Below are positions 54,545 to 64,000 of a stretch of 64,000 nt of DNA, one piece after another; the first letter of the stretch is position 1, and every line of letters begins with the position of its first letter. The stretch covers positions 84,320,001 through 84,384,000 of the forward strand of contig NC_043003.1 in assembly GCF_006345805.1 (NCBI RefSeq). Reading direction: 5' to 3'. The notes under the pieces were generated by a model. It did no database searches and was not told the DNA's origin. It saw nothing but the letters and a program-made list of their open reading frames with translations. A program made the position numbers and the translations under genes. This stretch comes from Octopus sinensis (taxonomy: Eukaryota).

Positions 54545-55036
54545 TCAAAATGGACAACTAAAAACTAGCTTACCAGGATAATTCGAAGATAGATCAAGCG
54601 CTTCTTTGTAAGACTTCAAAAGAACTGAATTATCATTTGATTTAAAACACAACATATTCGACCAAGTCGTGAATTTTAAGTTGTGCTTCCTTCGTCTGCG
54701 ATATGAATGAAATTCCCTCCTGCTCTCTTGCACAGCGGTTTGTGAAGTGTTCGGGTCTTCCCCATCGCTCGGTTCATCTTCAGCCTTCATCATTTCCTGG
54801 TTGACTCCTTTCATACACTGTTCTACTTCCTCCGCTGTTTCTTCTGTTACTGTTTCTTTTCTGTGTAAATTTCTCATTTCCACAAACCTATGATACCAGT
54901 CATACACGGTAGATTTCTTCAATGAAGTTGTACTATAGGCTGCTTGTAGTAGCTGAAAAGTTTCATCCACAGATTTACCGAGTCTGACGCAAAAGTTTAT
55001 AACACACCACTGTTCCTTTAGGAGAGCGTTACTCAT
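54545..55036 (-). CDS. ORF with N-terminal mariner/Mos1-type helix-turn-helix followed by an acidic, non-transposase-like tail
   Basis: Open ATG ORF of 163 aa. EQWCVINFCVRLGKSVDETFQLLQAAYSTTSLKKSTVYDWYHRF matches the mariner N-terminal HTH pattern (EQR..IKFC..LGKS..ET...L..AYG...L....V..W..RF). An in-frame TAA lies 27 nt upstream of the ATG. Candidate acceptor ctaatgcag| at 55087 and donor CTG|GTAAGC at 54574. Confidence 0.7.
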   Translation of the reverse strand: MSNALLKEQWCVINFCVRLGKSVDETFQLLQAAYSTTSLKKSTVYDWYHRFVEMRNLHRKETVTEETAEEVEQCMKGVNQEMMKAEDEPSDGEDPNTSQTAVQESRREFHSYRRRRKHNLKFTTWSNMLCFKSNDNSVLLKSYKEALDLSSNYPGKLVFSCPF

Positions 55037-55610
55037 TTCGGAGATGGAGCAGGTGGGGATTTATGTTTTTCAGTTCTTCTATACACTCTGCATTAGTTGA
55101 TACAACATATGTACATACAGACGGATGAATATAAATAATATATACGTTATTAGATGATGCTAAACAATGTAGTTAAGATTGGCCACGTCTTTGCAACATT
55201 AATTTACAGACTTCGTTGATGAAAGTATTCAGAAGAATGGAAAAGCTATGAATGCAATTAAAAATTAATAAGAAAAACCCATTTTAAGAATAATTAACAT
55301 CCAAACCAACCAATTATAATGTTTCACTTGTAAGTAATTAACCAAAATACTTAAACTCCAGCTTCTCTCCATCTACAAGCCACCTTCATAATTTTGTATC
55401 TGAAGAGGAATGTTCAAGATTTATGTCAATGTCAAATGCTAGAAAGATGAGTCAATATGTTGCCGGTTTACCGATTGAAAGGTTTGCAGTTCGTGTGTTG
55501 TCAGCTGTTGTGCATTGTGTCTTAGAAAAATACATACTTAAATGTCAACGGCTCAATTCATCAGGGTATATAACTATATTTCACACAGGAGGCTCATAGC
55601 CTATAACATT

Positions 55611-55840
55611 TATTTCTTTATTGCCCGCAGGGAGTTAAACATAGAGGGAACAAACAAGGACAGACAAAGGGATTAAGTCGATTACATCGACTCAAGTGCG
55701 CAACTGGTACTTACTTAATCGACCCCGAAAGGATGAAAGGCAAGGTCGACCTCGGCGGAATTTGAACTCAGAACGTAGCGACAGACGAAATACCGCTAAG
55801 CACTTCGCCCGGCGTCCTAACGTTTCTGCCAGCTCGCCGC
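55611..55840 (-). mobile_element. Full-length family A SINE with 11-bp target-site duplication
   Basis: cctataacatt at 55600-55610 and again at 55841-55851. Confidence 0.92.
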
Positions 55841-57350
55841 CCTATAACATTAAAGTATAGTACGTTGAAATGTTACTGGTGAAGTCAAATTCTCAAATTA
55901 TTCAACATACTGAGGTACATACAATTAGTGAGAGATATCCTTGAGCAGTCGATAGTCCACTTATGTAGGTTTCAGTCTAAGGGCACCTGTGACTCATGCT
56001 TACTCTTCTTAGTCATATATAGTTCATACCTTTTGAGGACCAGTAGTTAAAGTAAGTGAGGGTCTTATTTAACTTCAGGAAATCCGTACAGAGTGGAAAA
56101 AATTCCATCTTTTTGCTTATCCTTCTTCTGATCTCAATCTTTCTATTGTCCCTTTTACATTACTGAGAGTTTCCGATATTCTTCTAATCTCTTCAGGCTT
56201 TTTCTTTTTCCACAACCATAAAGGGTTTCCTACCCTCGTAACTCCTGGCCAATCATGTGCTGAAGGTTTCTTGGTCATCATCGATTCCTAGCGCTCGCAG
56301 CGCCGAAGATGAGATAATTTCGTTTGCTTCTGATCTAGATATGATCAGATTAGAGACCAAGTGTGCTCTAGAAACAGTCACTGTCTTAATCTCTGGTGCC
56401 TACTCTTATTAGTACAGCTACTTCTGTTGCTGTTTTTTCTTTTGCTCTTCTGCACGTGGCCTTTTATGCCACGCGCGGAGCAACTAGGGCTTCTGTCCTG
56501 CACTGCCATTCCCATTGAAAGCTTCTCCACTCCCTAAATGTGGTGTAGCTCCAGAGTAACCTTGTAATCATCAAAAGTTTAACAGAACTTGGAGATGCAA
56601 ACCGACCTGACCACATATTATTGCTGGTCACGTTTGTGCCCACGTCATGTGTGTCCTGTGAGCACAAGTAACTACAATGACAAACTAATGATTAACGATA
56701 ATGCCATTATGTGAGGCCATGCCAAATATTGTGGCAATAGCCTTTTAGAGTTAGAGTGCATCAGCGCTACTTTACTCCTTGCCTGAATATTGGTCTTAAA
56801 GACCACTCCTATCAACCACTGAGAACGCATCTTGCCGTACATTGGCTATGGTTTCCTTCAATTTTTCTTTCGAGAGTATACAGAAACATACCAATTTTTT
56901 TCTTTTTTGTAAAAATAAGAGGTATTTCACCTTCTTCCATGACCTTTTTTCAATAAATTCGTCGGGTAAAGAGGCAATACCTTTTGTAACGAACTTCTTC
57001 CTTTGCCTCTTTTTTCTTGAATTTGCTGAAGATGAGTCGCTTCTTTTGACTCATGAGATTTGCAAAGGTGGAACCTGGTAGTTGTTGTAGTTGATGTTCG
57101 TACAGTTTTTTTCATTCAAATAAACATTTTCAACATTAGTATCGTTTGTGTCTCCCATTGTAAACAGTAGGCGTTTAAATCTGAACATTTTCCTGCACGT
57201 TTGATTCTTTCCCATTATCTGATTATTCTAAATTCTGCTTTTTTTTTTTTGTTTTGGATTTTTGTGTTTCAAAATAATTTGAGGGTGTGTGTATTTACAT
57301 TACTGAGGCTATTGCTATTACACTGTGCTGACTTCCATGTTATTCGTGAA

Positions 57351-57371
57351 GCGGCCATTTTGCAACACGTG
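57351..57371 (-). promoter_or_regulatory. YY1-like motif (CAAAATGGCCGC) with adjacent E-box CACGTG; possible TSS region
   Basis: Motif match only; lies upstream of the minus-strand HTH ORF. Confidence 0.3.
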
Positions 57372-57488
57372 TAAGCATTCCAAATGGCTCATCGCCAGTA
57401 AATATAAAACTTAGTTTGAAACATTAAGAAACCTTTCCTCGCAGAGCTCTCAGACGGAAACATCCCTTCACTTCTACATGGAATGATG

Positions 57489-57552
<64 letters not shown>

Positions 57553-58016
57553 TAATGACAATGAAATGTGTGTCCTACAAAAACAAACTGTTGCAATTTC
57601 AAGTCTAACTGAAAAGTGAAAGTTTTTATAACGTTAGTTTGAATTCCAGATAGTAAAAAGAAGCTCTGGCAAGGAGAACAAAATGACTATACCAGTATAA
57701 ATATATGCGGTGTGAAACAAAAAACTTTTAAAGAAACCAAATATCACACACACACTCAAGAGATGTTGGAGGCTCTGCCAAAGATTCTGTAAATGCCTGA
57801 TTTTATATGAGCCAAAGTAGTTTTATAACTGTTTTATGGCTGTAATTAGGTAAAAAGTAACATCGGAAACAATGAACCACAGATTATAATGAAACCTAGC
57901 GTTTAGTCCCGCAGTTAAAACACACTACTGGTCTTTATCATTTTCACATTTAACCAGCGGCTGACAAGAAGGAATTTAACAAAATCCGTTACATATATAT
58001 ATATATTATATATATA

Positions 58017-58077
<61 letters not shown>

Positions 58078-58102
58078 CGTGTGTGTGTGTGTATGTACAA
58101 AG

Positions 58103-58142
<40 letters not shown>

Positions 58143-58631
58143 CGTGTCCTTAAATATTGCATGTTCACCATAGCGCTATCACCGATCTGACAATGGTGCT
58201 CTACTATTTAAGTACCTGATTCTTCTGAATCCTGAATATATATATATATATATTATATATATATACACAATTCATATATCCGAAAAAGAAGCACATGTAT
58301 GCATGTAGGTAGTTATGCGAGCTTAAAATATATTAAAGTGTATTAACTGACGCACGCGCGCGTGTGTATAGGTGAATTGTGGAACATAAAGATAAAGTCG
58401 TGAAATATGATTCAGTGATAGTTCTTTTCACTGTATTCGTTCCGGGTCTCTGCGCTCGAATCCCGCATGGATTAACTTTACCTTTTCTTTCAGAGTCGAT
58501 ATGTATAATACTAGTCAAGAGATGGATTAGAGTAATTTTCAGAGTCAGACGAGATGTCAGCTCTTTGTGTTCTGAGATTAAATGGTGCTTATAGATTCAA
58601 ATTCCCCCAGAGGTCATGTCATTTCCTTTAG

Positions 58632-58697
58632 ATCACTGAAAGAGTGTTTCTATGCAGACGCTGACAGCGTGTGGCACATGCATCCGTCTGCAGTTAG
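58632..58697 (+). CDS. Candidate symmetric exon (66 nt, phase 2): SLKECFYADADSVWHMHPSAV
   Basis: Acceptor gtcatttcctttag|, donor TAG|GTAAGT; only one frame is open. Confidence 0.3.
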
Positions 58698-60145
58698 GTA
58701 AGTCCCTAATCGTCTCAACACGAGTGTGTGATAGACATAGGGCTTTGAAGACCAAATACTGCGTGGAACGAATTCGATACACTTTCTCCACATTAGCCAC
58801 ACTCATTAGAGAACTACCCAAGGAATTCAGAAATATTGGAAGTTTCCTTGATAATGAGGAGTCACCCGCCTCTCTCTCCCCCTTCCTCTATGTGTGTATG
58901 TGTGTGTCTGATTGGTTAAGAAGATCGCTTCGCAATCACGAGTTCTCGAGTTTGATTCCCACTGTCAGGCATCCCAAGAAAGCGTCTTTTATCATAGGTG
59001 AGTTGACAAATGACTCTTATAAATGAGCCCTGTGGGCTTCTACACGAAAACAATGTAAGACCCCATTTGGACCCCACTTATTCTACCTAATGATAACGTT
59101 AAAAATACAAATGTTTGTGGAGCAGAAAGAGTAAATCACTCGTTCACTAGTTCATTTGATTGATTGCTTGGCATACACCTCGCCGAAGCTGACGGAGATC
59201 CACTTACATAATATTATATCTGCATAAAAGTTTAGTGCTGCTTGCTTATATGCTACATTTCCCACCGCTATTCCAGCTGTACCACAACGCAGTCTCTTCA
59301 CACATCTTTCTTATATCTATCGTCTTTACTCTCTTCAAGTCTCTATTGGAACATCTTTTCCCTTTCCTTTAACAATTCTCTTCCTCCTGCTCTCTCACTT
59401 TCTTTCTTTCCCTGCCCACCTCTCTCTCTCTCCAGTTATCTTTCTATATTGCCTGATCTCCAAGACGATCTGCTGAAGCCATTATTTATGCTGTAGACCA
59501 AGAAAAATGTCTTCTTTTGCTTTTTCTTATAGCATTACCTCATCATAAAGTTCTTATCCCCTTCTTCTCATAGTACATACGCTTACGTTCAAAAACACAC
59601 ACATGTACATGCACACACATACTCATATATATGCATGAACATACAAATAAATTCACACACACACACACACATATATATGTAAGTACATACAAATTTGTGT
59701 GCGTATATGCATTCACACGCACGCATACATATAAGCACATTTGTTTGTGATGGGGAGAGAGGGAAGAGGAGGACAGAGGCAGACTGCGAGAAACAGAGAG
59801 GCAATATTCATCTTCATAACGCAAGACTAGACAAGATTTTTAATACGAATCTCGTATAACCAGAATGCCAGCCTCGCTGAAAGTGTCACACCACCCTCAC
59901 TACCACAAGCCAAAACAGCGTGATCCTACAATCGCCATGAATGTGACCAACACTACATCCCTCATCGCCACCACCACCAGGCACAGCCGCTACTTCATAT
60001 TTTAGTTCTTCAGTGCAATTATTTATCCGGCACCGTAATACTAGAACCGGATACGTACGACAATTGGCTAAGTGGGTCCATACGAAAGGGTGCTGGCATT
60101 AATGCTTCCTACGGAAACTTCAGGTAAATTTCACACGATGTACAC

Positions 60146-60478
60146 CGCGTGGCTCAGTGGTTAGAGCGTCGAGCTTACGATCGTGAGGTTGTGAGCTCGA
60201 ATCCCGGACCGGGCTGCGTGTTGTGTTCTTGAGCAAGACACTTTATTTCATGTTGCTCCAGTTCACTCAGCTGGAGAAATGAGTTGCGACGTCACTGGTG
60301 CCAAGCTGTATCGGCCCCTTTGCCTTTCCCTTGGATAACATCGGTGGCGTGGAGAGAGGAGGCCGGTATGCATGGGCGACTGCTGGTCTTCCATAAAAAA
60401 CAACCTTGCCCAGACTTGTGCCTCAGAGGGTAACTCTATAGGTGCAAACCCATGGTCAGTGTCTGACCGAAGGGGGTC
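60146..60478 (+). mobile_element. Family C SINE with tRNA-Arg(ACG)-like head
   Basis: gcgtggctcagtggttagagcgtcgagcttACGatcgtgaggttgtgagctcgaatccc followed by the SINE body. Confidence 0.9.
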
Positions 60479-60517
60479 ACCACACACACACACACACAAC
60501 ACACACACACACAAGCA

Positions 60518-60553
<36 letters not shown>

Positions 60554-60564
60554 AGCACACACAT

Positions 60565-60715
60565 ATATACGATGGGCTTATTTCAGTTTTCGTCTACCAA
60601 ATCCTCTCACAAGTCTTTGGTGAGCTCGAGTCTACAGTAGAAGGCACATGCATAGGGATTGAACCCGTAACCATATGGTTGCGAAGAAAGCTTCTTACCA
60701 CACTGTCACACTAGC
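60565..60715 (-). mobile_element. Family B SINE, 5' half
   Basis: Head and CORE-like segment ending at the internal CA tract. Confidence 0.7.
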
Positions 60716-60717
60716 GC

Positions 60718-60750
<33 letters not shown>

Positions 60751-60754
60751 CGAT

Positions 60755-61053
60755 AAAACTTCGCCCTTTTCAAGCCTAGACAGGCTCATGGGCCCGGTTT
60801 CCCGGTTTCTGTGGCGTATGTGTTCCCCTCAGCTGGACGGGACGCCAGTCCATCGCAGCGTTACTCAAGAAACAGGAAGAGAAAGTGAGAGAAAGCTGTG
60901 GCGAAAAAGTACAACAGAGGTCGCCCCACCCCACCCCCCTGCCGGAGCCTCGTGGAACTTTTAGGTTTTTTCGTTCAATAAACTCACACAACGCCCGGTC
61001 TGAGAATCGAAACCGCAAGTCCGCTGCCTTAACCACTGGGCCATTGAGCCTCC
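60755..61053 (-). mobile_element. SINE family E with a V-domain-like 3' region
   Basis: Head ggaggctcaatggcccagtggttaaggcagcgg; contains GCTGCGATGGACTGGCGTCCCGTCCAG. Confidence 0.75.
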
Positions 61054-61077
61054 ACACACACACACACAACACACACA

Positions 61078-61139
<62 letters not shown>

Positions 61140-61519
61140 GTATATATACAGAGAGACAAAAATATATGCTTACATTACACACACACATACACACACATTT
61201 TATACTGAAACTCCACAAATTGGGAGTACATCTATTTTGGCGAGATATCAAATTGTAAATAGGATTTATTCTAACAACTAACTTACGGGGTGGGTCATCA
61301 ATAACCAGATCACAGCTGAAACCTTACGCTACTTTACATTACACAGGTCAGATTCTTTTGCAGGTTTGTTTAAACACATCGATTTAATTTATGAATATTC
61401 ACGATATCGTAACTGAACCAGTGTTTGCTTGTTATCCTCGTAGTATCGAGAATGTAAATACTGGTAACAGACGGTTAATAATCCAACCAGCGGTGTCCTT
61501 TCTTTTTTTTATAAAATAC

Positions 61520-61656
61520 GTTAAGAAATTTACTTCCCAACCACATGGTTCTGGGTTCAGTCCGACTGCGTGGAACCTTGGGCAAATGTCCTCTATTATA
61601 GCCTCAGGCTAACCAAAGCCTTGTGAGCGGATTTGGTAGACGGAAACTGAAACGCG

Positions 61657-61687
<31 letters not shown>

Positions 61688-61925
61688 TCGTGCGTGTGTG
61701 TGTGTGTGTGTGTATCTGTGTTTGTCCTCTACCACCACTTGACAACCGGTGTTGGTGTGTTCACGTCCCAGTAACTTAGCGGTTCGGCAAAATATTTCAA
61801 TAGAATGAGTACCAAGCTTCAAAAAGGTACTAGGGTCTATTCATTCGACTAGAAATTCTTCAAGGCGGTGCCCCAGAATGGCCGCAGTCAAATGATTGAA
61901 GCAAGTATAAAAGATTAAGAATAAA
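61520..61925 (+). mobile_element. Family B SINE
   Basis: Matches the other B copies in sense orientation. Confidence 0.85.
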
Positions 61926-63179
61926 AGAAAAAATGCTGAAAGGAATTTGTTCTTGATAGAAGCTTCTGTTGTTTTACTCTTTTTCAATTTTTTTTTTACT
62001 TTTGAGTCCTACTTCAAGTCAATACATCGATTCATAATTAACAATCAAGCGAAGTTGAAAATAATAAGCTTAAAACTATGTCTGGTGATAAACACAGAAC
62101 TGCAATGATACGAAATTGAAACAGTAAAGAAGAAAACTAGAAGCAGGAAAAAAAAACAAATATAAAAAAAAGAAGCAAAATACACAAGATCTAAAATCGA
62201 ATCATCAGTCTTTTCATAGCTACAGAATGACCTAATTTTGCTTAAGTACAAATGAAAAGGAAGCAAAATCTAAAACTATCTCGAAGCAAACTAACTCAAA
62301 TCGATCAGGGTTATATATCGTCTCGAATTTATGTTGGATTAAGAGGCTGAATTACTCAGTGGATCATAATAATACTATGTTCATTTATCATAAGATTTAT
62401 CTAGTGTAATGCATACTGGGTAGTTCTTCGTGTTCCCTTAGCGACAAGTCAATGAAAGACTTGTTTGATAATTTAGCCAGTATACTCTAAAATAACTACC
62501 TAATTTTCTTAGAGTTTAGTGACATAAAGATCTTTTGGTCAGAAATACGCCTTCATTTTTTTCCAAAATATGTGAGCGGACGCCTCCTTTTTAGAAATGT
62601 TTATCCTTAATTTTCACAACATTATAGAAAATTATATTTGAATTACTTCTGAAAATACACAGCCATTTTAAAAATTAGATTTTTTTCCCAAAAGAGCAAA
62701 AACACCATCTGAATACTGACACGGTTCAATTTGTCAATAAGCATAACAAATTATGTTTGATTTTCAATAAGGCTTAATGAAGCAAACATTTTCTGGGCAA
62801 ATATCCCAAGTTTTCAAAGGTTTCGGTGTAGGTCCTTGACATGTTAGCTCTGCCTAATAAGATAGCGTTGATGATGACAGAGATTATGAAGCTGACGGAA
62901 ACGACGACGATGACGACGTTAGCCACAATGATGAAAATGAGCAAAGTACTAATATGCTAACACCGTTTCCAATGATTTTATCAATGTACGAGCAAAAGCC
63001 CCGCCCCGCCCCGCGTCCAATCGACGGTGCTGAGTTGTCAAACATTTAAACCAAATTTTCTCAAAACAACTTGTCCGACCGTCTCATAGGCCTCCCGTTT
63101 GAGAAACACTGATTTAACCTAAATTTGAGACCCCAGCAAAAGAAGAAATAAAGATAAACTTTTTTCTATTCCAAAGAAT

Positions 63180-63349
63180 GCTTTATAGATCGCATTCTCA
63201 CCTGGAATCGATTTTTGTAATTTTTTTCAAGACTTATACATGCCCTGATACCGTCGGTATCTACATATCAAATTTGAGCGCAATGGGATGGAGGATGCCC
63301 GAGATCATACAAGACACACACACAGACAGAACGGATTTTATATAATAGA
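63180..63349 (-). mobile_element. Probable 5' end of a second Helitron-type element, 3' end not found
   Basis: A|TCTATTATATAAAATCCGTTCTGTCTGTGTG start has the same style as the 5' end of the element at 41131. Confidence 0.4.
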
Positions 63350-63730
63350 TGTGTATTAGCAGTCTATTATAGATATACAATCTTTAAAAGGGATAAAGTA
63401 AACAATGTAATCTTTATTCTAACATTACCAGTTATTCCTATTTCAGATACACTGAACAAACTTCTGCCTACACGGACTATATCTTGACACTTGGACATCA
63501 TGTAGTAGATGATTAGCCACAACTCAGTCCTGTTTAGACAGATCTGACATCAAAGGCTTTCCTGTCATAACCACCTCTCCTTTTCCGTGGACAATGTACC
63601 CCGAACTACATTTTCTAATGAGACCTTTAATTTTGTTAAAGACGGCTGAGTATAATTTGAGGTAGATTTTATTATCATATCTGTAAGGATTCCCTCTTTG
63701 TTGCATACTTGCGTTTTGACCTTGTAGTAG

Positions 63731-64000
63731 GAGCACTCCGTCGGTTGCGACGATGAGGGTCCCAGCTGATACGATCAACGGAACAGCTTGCTCGTGATAT
63801 TAACGTGCAAGTGGCTGAGCACTCCACAGACACGTGTACCCTTAACGTAGTTCTCGGGGAGAATCAGCGTGACACAGAGTGTGACAAGGCTGGCCCTTTG
63901 AAATACAGGTACAAGAAAAACAAGAAGAAAGAGCGGGAGAAAGTTGTGGAGTACAGCAGGGTTCACCACCACCCCCTGCCGGAGCCTCGTGGAGCTTTAG
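63731..64000 (-). mobile_element. SINE with E-type middle and tail D; runs off the window end
   Basis: ctgccggagcctcgtgga shared with 60940-60960; tail shared with 35628. Confidence 0.85.

Noticed and set aside
58652-59026. 124-aa plus-strand ORF
   Set aside because: It runs through a splice donor, a simple repeat and a decayed SINE head, with no recognisable domain.
60146-60218. tRNA-Arg(ACG)-like sequence
   Set aside because: It has no proper acceptor stem or T-run terminator and continues directly into a SINE body, so it is a SINE head rather than a tRNA gene. The same applies to the other SINE heads.

Overview
This is AT-rich, repeat-dense animal nuclear DNA, most likely from an Octopus species. 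That assignment is an inference from the SINE families recognised and the very high (TA)n/(CA)n/(GATA)n/(TAA)n load. It looks like intronic or intergenic sequence, and almost all ORFs in the supplied track are microsatellite or low-complexity artefacts. Supported content: about 30 tRNA-derived SINE copies built from shuffled modules, Penelope-like (GIY-YIG) and LINE remnants, one complete ~394-bp non-autonomous Helitron, and a ~700-bp fold-back MITE. Main findings: (1) an uninterrupted 163-codon minus-strand ORF (54545-55036) whose N-terminus is a mariner/Mos1-type HTH, with splice signals and candidate downstream exons but no TIR or DDD domain, a possible domesticated transposase gene; (2) a SINE flanked by a 290-bp direct duplication; (3) a MAM-domain-like coding fragment; (4) several near-perfect hairpins beside (TA)n tracts; (5) a degenerate hammerhead-like motif in front of the Penelope ORF remnant. 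Several exon-like islands occur on both strands, but I could not identify a host gene. No CRISPR, rRNA or true tRNA genes were seen. TE boundaries are approximate unless stated as exact.
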